Source: Candidatus Saccharibacteria bacterium CPR2 (GTDB lineage: Bacteria; Patescibacteriota; Saccharimonadia; Saccharimonadales; QWHN01). Taken from it: a stretch of DNA of 64,000 nt. Shown in pieces: positions 18,663 to 27,824 of this stretch (positions are counted from its first letter, which is position 1; each line of letters opens with the position of its first letter). The DNA lies in assembly GCA_021404905.1 (NCBI GenBank), contig QWHN01000001.1:258810-322809 (forward strand), written 5' to 3'. A program made the position numbers and the translations under genes. Below the pieces are notes generated by a model. The model saw only the letters and a program-made list of their open reading frames with translations. It was not told where the DNA came from and made no database searches.

Positions 18663-20831
18663 ATGGCGAAGAAAAGGAAGTCGCGAAAAGCTAAGCAGGA
18701 TAAGGGCAAAAAAGAGCAAACTTCAAAACCTGCTCATATATTACCCGACGGATTTTGGCCTCAAGCTGTTGCATTTATTCTAGGCGTAGTTGTGGCCCCA
18801 GTTTTGATATTCGCAATGTTTGGTTTAGGCGGTAATTTGCCCGAGACACTGCTTATTGCTGCTCGATGGTTAATCGGGTTTGCTGCTTTCCTCTTGCCCT
18901 TGGTTTTTGTCTTTGTCGCCGTAAAAATATTTACGTCTGAGGATGCTAAACTTCCTGGCGTGCTGGTAGTAGCAATAATAGTGTTTTTAACGTCTATCTC
19001 GGGATTTTTCCATCTTTTTGTAGATAAAGCTGCTTCTCTTAATGAGGCTTATAGTGGCAACGGAGGTGGGGTTGTTGGCCATTTGATAACTACTGGTTTA
19101 CTAACTTTAATCGCACCTTATATCGCTGGAATTATTCTTATATGTATCGCATTTATTGCGTTATTATTTATCTTAAGAATTGAAGTAAAAACAGTTTTAA
19201 AACCGCTACTGAATAGATTTAGTAAAGAGACTGGCGACGAGGATCTTGAAAAAGCAACAAGTATTGCTGAGGAAAATAAAGAATTTCAACTTAATGAGAA
19301 TGTTCCGGTACAAAAACATTCAAAATTTGGAAGTGTTGTTGCCAGTGAAGGCCAAAATGACGACCATGATGCTCTAACAAGCGTAAAAGATCCTGACTGG
19401 GAATTCCCTAGCCTGGACTTGCTGAATAAGAAAGAGGGTAAGGCAGATGCGGGCGACGTTAAGCACAACGCCAAGATAATCAAAGATACTTTGGCGGATT
19501 TTGGAATAGACGTGGCCATGGAAGGAGCGAACATAGGCCCTCGAGTAACTCAATATATGCTGCGACCGCCAAACGGTGTGCGATTAACTAAAATTACAGC
19601 TCTAGAGAATAATCTGGCCTTAAATCTGGCGGCTCAAACTATTAGAATTGAGGCTCCAATACCCGGCAAAAGAGCGGTAGGCGTGGAAGTACCAAACGAA
19701 GTGCCGGCATTGGTGCGAATGTATGGGATTCTGGAGTCCAAAAACTGGCAAAATTCTAATTCTCCACTTTCGTTTACAATCGGCAAGGACATCGCGGGAG
19801 ACCCGATAATTGGCGAGCTTGATAAAATGCCTCATCTTCTTATTGCTGGAGCTACCGGTTCGGGTAAGTCCGTTATGATAAATTCACTTCTTACCAGCTT
19901 TATGTTTAAAAATTCTCCTGCGGATTTAAGGTTAATTTTAGTTGACCCAAAGCAAGTTGAGCTAACACCGTATAATAATATTCCGCACTTACTAACACCG
20001 GTGATTACTGAACCGGAAAAGTGTATTTCTGCGCTAAAATGGGCGGTTGCTGAGATGGAACGTCGATACTCATTGCTTGCTGAAGCTGGTAAGCGCAATA
20101 TTGCCGAATATAATCGTATCAAAGGCAATGAGGGTATGCCTTATATTGTTATTGTAATTGATGAGCTTGCGGATATTATGATGGTAGCAGCCAGAGACGT
20201 TGAAGCGCTAATTGTGCGCTTAGCTCAAAAAGCAAGAGCTGTTGGCGTACATCTGGTGGTTGCTACGCAAAGGCCGTCAGTAGATGTGATAACCGGCTTA
20301 ATTAAAGCAAATATTCCAGCACGTTTGGCCTTTACGGTCACTAGCCAGGTCGATTCAAGAACAATTATTGACCAAATTGGCGCAGAAAAATTGCTTGGTC
20401 AAGGGGATATGTTGATGTCAACTTCCGACCTACCAAAACCTCGTCGCGTCCAAGGGGTTATGATTACTGAGAAAGAAGTTAATACAGTTTCAGATCATGT
20501 TCGCATGCAAAGGCCTCCAGAGTATGATGATGAGATAATCACGCAACCGGTACAAATTGGTGCTCGTGGAGGGATAGTTGCTGATATAGATATGGCGGAT
20601 GACAAAATGTATAAAGACGCGGTGCGTGTAGTCGTAGAAAGCGGCAAGGCCTCTGCTTCACTTTTGCAGAGAAGATTAAGAGTTGGATACGCCAGGGCGG
20701 CACGCTTGATAGAAGCTATGGAAGAGCAAGGGATTATTAGCCAAGCCGATGGAGCGAGGCCCAGAGACGTACTCGTGACCAGTATGGACGATGTATTTTC
20801 AAATGATGAACCAGCAGAAACAGAGCAATAA
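18663..20831 (+). CDS. ftsK: DNA translocase FtsK/SpoIIIE
   Basis: N-terminal TM segments, Walker A (LLIAGATGSGKSVMINSLLTS), Walker B (VIVIDELAD) and a C-terminal gamma wHTH domain. ATG 18663 lies 6 nt after TATACT; a GTG at 18657 is also in frame. Confidence 0.9.
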   Translation: MAKKRKSRKAKQDKGKKEQTSKPAHILPDGFWPQAVAFILGVVVAPVLIFAMFGLGGNLPETLLIAARWLIGFAAFLLPLVFVFVAVKIFTSEDAKLPGVLVVAIIVFLTSISGFFHLFVDKAASLNEAYSGNGGGVVGHLITTGLLTLIAPYIAGIILICIAFIALLFILRIEVKTVLKPLLNRFSKETGDEDLEKATSIAEENKEFQLNENVPVQKHSKFGSVVASEGQNDDHDALTSVKDPDWEFPSLDLLNKKEGKADAGDVKHNAKIIKDTLADFGIDVAMEGANIGPRVTQYMLRPPNGVRLTKITALENNLALNLAAQTIRIEAPIPGKRAVGVEVPNEVPALVRMYGILESKNWQNSNSPLSFTIGKDIAGDPIIGELDKMPHLLIAGATGSGKSVMINSLLTSFMFKNSPADLRLILVDPKQVELTPYNNIPHLLTPVITEPEKCISALKWAVAEMERRYSLLAEAGKRNIAEYNRIKGNEGMPYIVIVIDELADIMMVAARDVEALIVRLAQKARAVGVHLVVATQRPSVDVITGLIKANIPARLAFTVTSQVDSRTIIDQIGAEKLLGQGDMLMSTSDLPKPRRVQGVMITEKEVNTVSDHVRMQRPPEYDDEIITQPVQIGARGGIVADIDMADDKMYKDAVRVVVESGKASASLLQRRLRVGYARAARLIEAMEEQGIISQADGARPRDVLVTSMDDVFSNDEPAETEQ

Positions 20832-21483
20832 AAATGAGTTTAAATTGCCAGTATCTAGTCCCGGCAGTACGCTTAAAGACGAACGTTTATTAAAGCGCAT
20901 TTCACTTTCAAAGGCTTCCTCCAGTTTAAAAATTTCTAAAAAACAAATTCAGCAAATTGAGTCCTGGGATCTAGAAAATCTACCCAAGGGTATTTATTTG
21001 GAAGGTATTATTAAGAGATACGCTAAATTTCTATCTATAGATCCAGTGCCTCTCCTAGAGCGGATCAATGAATCTGACCATGAAAAAAAACTTTCCGGCA
21101 ACCTCAACAAAACTAATGTATTTAAGTCCAAAAGATATTTTGTTTTAAGCAAAGCAACAATAATCACCATTCTCTTAATTGTAGTTTTGTCTGCCTTTGG
21201 TTATATTGCCTGGCAAGGCGCTGTATTTACGGCTAAGCCACGTTTAGTAGTACATAGTCCAAAAAATGGTGAAAAAGTTAATTCGGAAATAGTCTCGGTG
21301 TCTGGCAATGTTTCTCAAAGTACCCAGGTGTATATAAACGGCGTGCCGGTTTTAGTTGAGCCAAACGGTGCATTTTCAGACGAAGTTGTATTGCAAAGAG
21401 GATCGAATAATATAGAGATATCGGCAATAAATAACATTTCGCGAGAATCAAAAATCCAGCGAGTGGTTATATTCGAGCCTTAA
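20803..21483 (+). CDS. RodZ-like cytoskeleton protein (HTH + TM + DUF4115-like C-terminal domain)
   Basis: N-terminal HTH resembling RodZ (…ENLPKGIYLEGIIKRYAKFLSIDP), a single TM (IITILLIVVLSAFGYIAW) and a beta-rich C-terminus. Start uncertain (20791-20806); it overlaps the ftsK 3' end. Confidence 0.5.
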   Translation: MMNQQKQSNKNEFKLPVSSPGSTLKDERLLKRISLSKASSSLKISKKQIQQIESWDLENLPKGIYLEGIIKRYAKFLSIDPVPLLERINESDHEKKLSGNLNKTNVFKSKRYFVLSKATIITILLIVVLSAFGYIAWQGAVFTAKPRLVVHSPKNGEKVNSEIVSVSGNVSQSTQVYINGVPVLVEPNGAFSDEVVLQRGSNNIEISAINNISRESKIQRVVIFEP

Positions 21484-21607
21484 GGGGCCGCCAGATATTG
21501 ACTAACAGGGGTTAGTGTTGTAGTGTATTAGTAATTAATATTTAAATTCCAGCTTGCGTGAAATAGCGTGAGCACCATCATAAGATGGAGCCAGAAAGGA
21601 AGATTAC

Positions 21608-21991
21608 ATGAAAGATTATGAGTTAGTAGTTCTCATACACCCGGATCTTGAGATAGATCTGGAAAAGCCGCTTAATAAAATTAAAAAAATTATCACAGAT
21701 AATAAAGGCAAAATCATAAAAGAGGACAATTGGGGTAAACGCAAACTTGCTTATCCTATCAAAAAGGAAGAGTTTGCAATTTATGTATACTATGACATTC
21801 AGCTCCCCGGCGATGCCGTAGAAAAAGTATCATCAACCTTTAATATTACTGACGAGGTACTTAGGTATTTAATAACACTTCCAGTTCCAAAACAGCATGA
21901 AGAAGATTCAGAGAAAGATAAAAAGTCGGAACCTGAAGTGGGAACAAAAAAAGCAGCGGATGCTAAAATAAAGAAAGTAAAGGGGGAGTAA
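21608..21991 (+). CDS. rpsF: 30S ribosomal protein S6
   Basis: MKDYELVVLIHPDL…KRKLAYPIKK…AIYVYYD matches S6. SD AAAGGAAG. Confidence 0.9.
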   Translation: MKDYELVVLIHPDLEIDLEKPLNKIKKIITDNKGKIIKEDNWGKRKLAYPIKKEEFAIYVYYDIQLPGDAVEKVSSTFNITDEVLRYLITLPVPKQHEEDSEKDKKSEPEVGTKKAADAKIKKVKGE

Positions 21992-21992
21992 T

Positions 21993-22466
21993 ATGGCAAA
22001 AGGATTCAACCAAGTCGTACTTATGGGTAACTTAACTCGCGACCCCGAGCTTAGAACTACTCCAAAAGGCCAATCAGTTTGTTCGTTTTCTGTGGCAGTG
22101 AATCGATCTTGGTCAAACGCACAGGGTGAAGCCCAGGACTCAGTTGATTATTTTGATATTGTAGCGTGGGCAAAACTAGCCGAGCTCGTTAACCAGTATT
22201 TACAAAAAGGCCGACGTGTTCTTGTGGTTGGCAGATTGCAAAATCAGACTTGGGAACAGGATGGTCAAAAACGCAAGCGAACTGAAATAGTGGCCAGCGA
22301 CATTACATTCCTAGATAGTGGTAGCGGGTCTGGGTCTTCTTTTGCGGATAATGATTCGCAGGCTTCGAGTGAGAGTAAAAGCAAAAAGAATAGCGCTGAT
22401 ACATCGGATGTAGTAATAGAAGACATTGACGATAAACCAGTTGATCTTAGCGACATCCCGTTTTAA
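21993..22466 (+). CDS. ssb: single-stranded DNA-binding protein
   Basis: OB-fold N-terminus (VVLMGNLTRDPELRTTPKGQSVCSFSVAVNRSW), Gly/Ser-rich linker and acidic C-terminal tip DIPF. Confidence 0.9.
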   Translation: MAKGFNQVVLMGNLTRDPELRTTPKGQSVCSFSVAVNRSWSNAQGEAQDSVDYFDIVAWAKLAELVNQYLQKGRRVLVVGRLQNQTWEQDGQKRKRTEIVASDITFLDSGSGSGSSFADNDSQASSESKSKKNSADTSDVVIEDIDDKPVDLSDIPF

Positions 22467-22493
22467 CAAATTTTTTTAAGGAGAAAATTATTC

Positions 22494-22682
22494 ATGAGTA
22501 AAGAAAAAATTGCAAAGGTGTTTGACTATAAGGATTTTAAAACTCTGCAGCGTTACGTTAATCCTTATGGGCAAATCGAAACCCGCAAGAAAACCAATCT
22601 TAGCGCTAAGCAACAGCGTCAACTTGCGGTGGCCATCAAGCGCGCCCGACACATAGCATTGCTGCCGTTTGTAGTGAAATAG
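22494..22682 (+). CDS. rpsR: 30S ribosomal protein S18
   Basis: [48 protein letters not shown] matches S18. rpsF-ssb-rpsR synteny. Confidence 0.9.
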   Translation: MSKEKIAKVFDYKDFKTLQRYVNPYGQIETRKKTNLSAKQQRQLAVAIKRARHIALLPFVVK

Positions 22683-22726
22683 ATTCTTGAATCTAGGAGC
22701 TCGATATTAGAAGACAAACAACACCT

Positions 22727-23098
22727 ATTAGTAAAATTAAGTCATTCACTGATTTAGTTTCATGGCAACACAGCCACCGGCTTGCCGTTGATGTATATGA
22801 GATTTCCAGAAAATTTCCCGAGAAAGACAAGTTTGGGCTTACTTCTCAGGTAAGAAGGAGTTCTTTATCAGTTACCAGCAACTTAGCTGAAGGGTTTGGC
22901 AGAAGATCCTCCAAAGAAAAAACACAATTTTATTATTTGGCCGCTGGATCTCTAACGGAATTACAAAACCAACTTCTTCTAGCCAGAGATGTGGGTATTA
23001 TAGACGATGAAACATTTAGACAATTAGCCAATCAGTCTATTGAGGCACTTAAATTAATACATGGATTGATAAGGTCTAACAAGGAAAGGAGAGTCTAG
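22727..23098 (+). CDS. four-helix-bundle protein (TIGR02436-like, '23S rRNA intervening-sequence protein' family)
   Basis: Open frame 22697-23098 encodes …IKSFTDLVSWQHSHRLAVDVYEISRKFPEKDKFGLTSQVRRSSLSVTSNLAEGFGRRSSKEKTQFYYLAAGSLTELQNQLLLARDVGII…, matching the family signature. A paralog lies at 38610-38975. No in-frame ATG/GTG/TTG exists, so the start was set tentatively at the ATT codon 22727. This is why it is missing from the ORF track. Confidence 0.5.
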   Translation: MSKIKSFTDLVSWQHSHRLAVDVYEISRKFPEKDKFGLTSQVRRSSLSVTSNLAEGFGRRSSKEKTQFYYLAAGSLTELQNQLLLARDVGIIDDETFRQLANQSIEALKLIHGLIRSNKERRV

Positions 23099-23128
23099 AA
23101 TCTAACATCTAGAATCAAAGATCTTGTT

Positions 23129-23692
23129 ATGTATAGCATTACTGATCTAAAAAAAGACACACTCATTCAGCTCGATGGTGTTCCGTATCGTGTTATTGAA
23201 TATGCTCAAAAACAAATGGGCAGGGGTGGATCCATTGTGAATACAAAATTAAAAAATTTGCTCGATGATAGTGTTATCCCTAAGACTTTTAAGGGCAGTG
23301 ACAAGATCGAACCAGCCCAAGTCTTAAATCAATCCGTGCAATTTCTTTATTCAGAGGGCGACAATTATTTTTTTATGGATGAAAAAACTTTTGATCAGTT
23401 TGAAGTCGAAAGAAGCATTGTGGGCAATGCATCGAATTATTTAAAAGAAGGCGATGCGGTTGTCGCTCAATTTTTTCAAAATCGGGTGATTAATATAGAA
23501 ATGCCAATTAAAACTACACTAAAAGTTGTTGAAGCAGATCCAGGTATAAAAGGCGACACAGTTGGCAGTGCTATGAAATCATGCATTTTAGAAACTGGCA
23601 TGCGAGTTATGGTTCCTTTATTTATTAATACTGGGGATGAAGTCGTTATAGATACAAGAGATGGCAGCTACGTTGAGCGTAAAAAATCCTGA
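23129..23692 (+). CDS. efp: elongation factor P
   Basis: MYSITDLKKDTLIQLDGVPYRVIEYAQKQMGRGGSIVNTKLKNLL matches EF-P, with the KOW-like and OB domains. Confidence 0.92.
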   Translation: MYSITDLKKDTLIQLDGVPYRVIEYAQKQMGRGGSIVNTKLKNLLDDSVIPKTFKGSDKIEPAQVLNQSVQFLYSEGDNYFFMDEKTFDQFEVERSIVGNASNYLKEGDAVVAQFFQNRVINIEMPIKTTLKVVEADPGIKGDTVGSAMKSCILETGMRVMVPLFINTGDEVVIDTRDGSYVERKKS

Positions 23693-23747
23693 GATATTTT
23701 ATTGAATAGTTAAAGCTTAGTCGATATAGTATCCACTATAAAAAGGA

Positions 23748-25265
23748 ATGAAAATGCCAGCAAAAGTTAAGTCGATGTGGCGGGTTAATCTTGTCTCTAT
23801 ATCTGTTTTTATGTTGGCTGGTGTAGTTGCTGGTTTACTATTACTGCGTAGCTTTGCAGCAGGTTCGGCGGCGCTATACGTTTCTCCTTCTAGCGCTACG
23901 GTTGACGTCAATTCAAACTTTACCGTTAATGTAATGGTAAATACAAATGGTTCTTCCGTATCGGCTGTGGATGTTAAAGTAACTTATGATACTGCCAAAC
24001 TACAGCTTGTTTCCAAAGATTACTCCAGCTCTGCTTTTACAGATTATGTTTCTTCGCCAAGCACTTCTGCTGGGACAGTTCAGTTTTTGCATGCTCAGTT
24101 TAGCCCTTTAAACGGGGATTTGTTAATAGGTCGCATTACATTTAAAGCTATAGCAGGGTCAGGATCAACTTCCTTATCATTTACGGGAGACTCTGAGGCA
24201 GCGTTTGAGGGTTCATCAATTGTCGGCTCAAGAACTGGCGCAACCATTAATTTAAATACTCCAGCAAGCACTCCGCCCCCGTCATCAGGCGGCGGGTCGA
24301 CTCAGCAAACCAACAATACAGGTTCATCGTCTGGTAGCAATTCGAGTAACAGCTCGGGGTCGAGCACCACGACTAATTCAGGCTCATCGAATACAACCAC
24401 TGGTTCTGAACCAACGACTAGCGCTTCACCCGAAAATCCTGAAGGCCCGTCTATTACAAATCTGGAAACTATTGAGGTAGGGTTTAAAAAAGCGATAATA
24501 AAGTTCAATACATCAAAGCCTGCAACCGCAACTGTTGAATATGGAGAAAGCCAGGATCTTGGCAGTGTTGCCGAATCAAAAGAAGCAAAACAAGAGCATT
24601 CTGTTTCACTAACTAATTCGCTTCTAAAGCCAGGCACAACACACTACTATAAGGTGACAGTGTCAGACGCAGATGGGAATAAAGCAACCAGCGATGTTCT
24701 TAAATTTACTACTCGAGGATACTACTTAATTATTAAACTGTCTCAACCTGACGGGAAACCGCTTGCGAAGGTTCCCGTACAACTTTTTTCAGAACCAAGA
24801 GAGGGCACGACTGATGACATAGGCCAAGTTGAGTTTGATAATGTGGCGTTCGGGGAACATACAATAAAGTACAATCATAATGGCAAAGATTATGAGCAGA
24901 AACTTGAAGTTAGCGATGTTCTTTCTCTTGCTAATGTCGATGTGGCAGATGACACCGAGGTGAATCCGCAAGTTTACCAAGTGTTTGCTGTAAAATCTAC
25001 TAGTTTCTCGAGCAAGACAGGATACCTAACGACTATCGCAATTGTCTTAATAATCGGCATGATCGGCTTTGGGGTGACATTATTCATAAAAAATCGTAAG
25101 TTAAGCTTGAATACTATCAGCTCTGGGGTCGGTGAAGTATCCGTTGGCGGAGTAGGCATAAAGCCAAAAATAAATGCTCAAAAAGACTCTGGGCAGAAAC
25201 AAGAAGATGATCCCATAAAGAGGCTTCTTGAAAGCGAAGACGATAAACCAAATAAATCACTTTAG
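23748..25265 (+). CDS. cell-surface protein: signal/anchor, cohesin-like domain, S/T/G/N-rich linker, FN3-like and prealbumin-like domains, C-terminal TM anchor
   Basis: An N-terminal hydrophobic segment is followed by a ~130-aa block with the cohesin beta-sandwich pattern (…ALYVSPSSATVDVNSNFTVNVMVNTNGSSVSAVDVKVTYDTAKLQLVSK…LLIGRITFKAIAGSGSTSLSFTG). A low-complexity linker runs 24280-24420. The C-terminal TM is IAIVLIIGMIGFGVTLFI, then a charged tail. SD AAGGAA. Confidence 0.6.
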   Translation: MKMPAKVKSMWRVNLVSISVFMLAGVVAGLLLLRSFAAGSAALYVSPSSATVDVNSNFTVNVMVNTNGSSVSAVDVKVTYDTAKLQLVSKDYSSSAFTDYVSSPSTSAGTVQFLHAQFSPLNGDLLIGRITFKAIAGSGSTSLSFTGDSEAAFEGSSIVGSRTGATINLNTPASTPPPSSGGGSTQQTNNTGSSSGSNSSNSSGSSTTTNSGSSNTTTGSEPTTSASPENPEGPSITNLETIEVGFKKAIIKFNTSKPATATVEYGESQDLGSVAESKEAKQEHSVSLTNSLLKPGTTHYYKVTVSDADGNKATSDVLKFTTRGYYLIIKLSQPDGKPLAKVPVQLFSEPREGTTDDIGQVEFDNVAFGEHTIKYNHNGKDYEQKLEVSDVLSLANVDVADDTEVNPQVYQVFAVKSTSFSSKTGYLTTIAIVLIIGMIGFGVTLFIKNRKLSLNTISSGVGEVSVGGVGIKPKINAQKDSGQKQEDDPIKRLLESEDDKPNKSL

Positions 25266-25291
25266 AACTCATTCGTATTAAAATTATTGAA

Positions 25292-26050
25292 ATGAAGCGT
25301 TTAGATTTATATTTGTTTGAAAAGGGCAAGGCAGCTACACGTTCCCAGGCGGAATCTCTGATTCGCATGGGGGCAGTTTTTGTAAATGGAGAGAAAGCAA
25401 CAAAGCCGGGTGCGCAGCTAAGAGATAACGATAAAGTCACCCTTTCTACTAAACAACAGTATGTTTCTCGTGGTGGTTACAAACTAGAGTCTGTTTCTAG
25501 ACGCTTTAAGCTCGATTTGCAGAATAAAATTGTTCTGGATGTGGGTTCCTCAACAGGTGGATTTACGGATTTTGCTCTGCAAAACGGAGCGAAAAAAGTG
25601 ATTGCCGTCGATGTTGGTACAAATCAAATGCATCCTGCGCTCCGAAACGACCCGCGAGTGGAATTACATGAAAAAACCAATATTTTAGAATTTGGACCTT
25701 CGACCGCAGAAATTGGAAGAAATAATTCTAAATTCAAAGATCTAACTTCTATGGTCGATGTTATCCTCATTGACCTTTCATTTACGTCAATCAGACCGGC
25801 TTTAAAACATATAATTTCTCTTTCCGACAAGGCAACCGAGATTGTTGCGATGGTAAAGCCACAGTTCGAGGCGGGGGACAAATACAAACACAAGGGTGTA
25901 ATAAAAAATGAAAGAATCAGGCGTGACATACTAAAAAATTTTGAAGAGTGGATAAAGCAATATTATGTAATTGTAAATAAGGCCGATTCTCAAATAACCG
26001 GCGAAAAAGGCAATAAAGAACGGTTTTATTTGCTAAGATTAAAACCATGA
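25292..26050 (+). CDS. tlyA: TlyA-family rRNA 2'-O-methyltransferase (S4 domain + FtsJ-like MTase)
   Basis: S4 domain (RLDLYLFEKGKAATRSQAESLIRMGAVFVNG) and SAM-binding motif VLDVGSSTGGFTDF. Confidence 0.85.
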   Translation: MKRLDLYLFEKGKAATRSQAESLIRMGAVFVNGEKATKPGAQLRDNDKVTLSTKQQYVSRGGYKLESVSRRFKLDLQNKIVLDVGSSTGGFTDFALQNGAKKVIAVDVGTNQMHPALRNDPRVELHEKTNILEFGPSTAEIGRNNSKFKDLTSMVDVILIDLSFTSIRPALKHIISLSDKATEIVAMVKPQFEAGDKYKHKGVIKNERIRRDILKNFEEWIKQYYVIVNKADSQITGEKGNKERFYLLRLKP

Positions 26051-26607
26051 AAATCTATTTTGTTACATCTAGTGACAATAAAGTCAATGAAATTGCCAAG
26101 ACACTTCATGGAACTTGTAAAGTCCAGCAGTTGAAAGCAGATTTATCAGAAATTCAATCTTTAGATCTACACGATATTATTCGTGCTAAATTGGAAAATG
26201 CTAAAGATTCACATCCAGAAAAAACCTTGATGGTAGAAGATACTTCTTTTGAAATTGATGTTTTGGGGGGCCTACCGGGGACTTTTATAAAATTCTTTGA
26301 ACAACAGGTAGATGACCAAGGCATATATGAGATGGCGCGCGGGAGGCAACCCTATGGTAATCTTTCGGCTCGTGCAAAAGTTTGTATAGGGCTGCTTCAT
26401 AATAATTCTGTAAATTTCTTTGACGGTACTTTAGAAGGAAAAGTAGTGGAACAAGAAGGTGATGGTTGGGGCTTTGATAGGATATTTATTCCCCATGGCT
26501 ATAACGAGAGGCTTGGCACACTTGGCATGGAGGTAAAATCTGCGATTAGCCACAGAGCACGTGCGGTGGAAAGTTTAAATAATTTTTTAGATTCGATTAA
26601 ACATTAA
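26047..26607 (+). CDS. rdgB: non-canonical purine NTP pyrophosphatase (RdgB/Ham1 family)
   Basis: Ham1 pattern (IYFVTSSDNKVNEI…EDTSFEIDVLGGLPGTFIKFF…SHRARAV). The start overlaps the tlyA stop. Confidence 0.8.
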   Translation: MKIYFVTSSDNKVNEIAKTLHGTCKVQQLKADLSEIQSLDLHDIIRAKLENAKDSHPEKTLMVEDTSFEIDVLGGLPGTFIKFFEQQVDDQGIYEMARGRQPYGNLSARAKVCIGLLHNNSVNFFDGTLEGKVVEQEGDGWGFDRIFIPHGYNERLGTLGMEVKSAISHRARAVESLNNFLDSIKH

Positions 26608-27664
26608 ACCTAAATTCAACGACATCATCAGGTTGCATCACGTAAGTCTTGCCCTCTGTTCGGACTTTGCCGTCGCTTTTTGCTTCAGAACGAGAACCGT
26701 ATTTTATTAAATTTTTATAATCTATAACCTCCGCCGCAATAAAACCCTTTTCAAAATCCCCATGAATCACACCGGCAGCTTGAGGAGCCGTAGAACCTTT
26801 TTTAATAGTCCAGGCACGTACTTCCTTATCTCCCGCGGTTAAATAACTCTGTAGCCCTAAAGTTTTATAAGCGGCATGGATGAGCTGGACTAGGCCTGAT
26901 TTATTTTGGCCTAAACCTTCAAGCAACTCTTTTGCTTCATGTTCGCTCAGCTCCTGCAATTCTTGTTCGACTTTCGCGCTCACAAAAACAGATTCTGATG
27001 GTTCGACTAATTTGGATAATTCTTGTTTTTTAGCTTTGTTGCCCAAGTCACTTTCACTGATATTAAACATATAAATAACTGGTTTTGTAGAGAGTAGTTG
27101 TGAAGATATGTCTGACAATTTTTTGGTATGATTTGGTAATTTTCCACTCTCAAGAGAGTTTTTAATAGATTCAAGTTCTTCAATTTCTTCTTTAATCTTT
27201 GGGTTGGCTTTTGCTTCTTTCTGCTTTTTGGGTAATACTTTCTCGAGCGTTTGCAAATCGGCAAGCATGAGCTCGGTATTTATAATTTCTATGTCTTCTT
27301 TGGGGTGGACGCGGTTTGCTACATGAACCACGTTCCCATCGTCAAAAGCCCGAACTACGTGGCAAATTGCTTGACAGTTTCTAACGTTTGCTAAGAATTG
27401 ATTTCCCAAGCCCTCGCCCTTGCTGGCACCGGCAACTAAGCCAGCAATGTCTACAAAAGTGACTGTCGCTGGTTTTATTGGTGCATTATTGTATATCTCT
27501 GATAACTTTTCTAATCGAGAATCAGGTATTGGAACAATACCAGTGTTTGGCTCAATCGTGGCAAAAGGATAATTTGCCATTAAAATGTTATTTTTAGTCA
27601 GGGCATTAAAGAGGGTAGACTTGCCAACATTGGGCAAGCCAACAATACCGATACTTAAACTCAT
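26597..27664 (-). CDS. ychF: ribosome-binding ATPase YchF (Obg family) with C-terminal TGS domain
   Basis: G1 motif IGIVGLPNVGKSTLFNALT, G3 DIAGLV, and the YchF coiled-coil insert. Confidence 0.92.
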   Translation of the reverse strand: MSLSIGIVGLPNVGKSTLFNALTKNNILMANYPFATIEPNTGIVPIPDSRLEKLSEIYNNAPIKPATVTFVDIAGLVAGASKGEGLGNQFLANVRNCQAICHVVRAFDDGNVVHVANRVHPKEDIEIINTELMLADLQTLEKVLPKKQKEAKANPKIKEEIEELESIKNSLESGKLPNHTKKLSDISSQLLSTKPVIYMFNISESDLGNKAKKQELSKLVEPSESVFVSAKVEQELQELSEHEAKELLEGLGQNKSGLVQLIHAAYKTLGLQSYLTAGDKEVRAWTIKKGSTAPQAAGVIHGDFEKGFIAAEVIDYKNLIKYGSRSEAKSDGKVRTEGKTYVMQPDDVVEFRFNV

Positions 27665-27743
27665 ACTCGACTCATTGTAATAGAGAAAAAAGATATTTAC
27701 TATTCTCTCTGTTTTTTAAGCAGAGAATCACGAAGCCCGTTTT

Positions 27744-27775
27744 TGTGTCCGATCGGACAAGAAACTGGGCAAATT
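27744..27775. promoter_or_regulatory. palindromic element TGTCCGATCGGACA followed by CTGGGCAAAT (copy a of three)
   Basis: A 14-bp perfect palindrome read directly from the sequence. Copies b and c flank the gene at 39880-40383. This copy lies in the divergent ychF / 27825 intergenic region. Confidence 0.5.
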
Positions 27776-27824
27776 AGTGGGCTCCAAATTGACAAAGCGC
27801 TTATGAATTAACTATGCTTAAACT

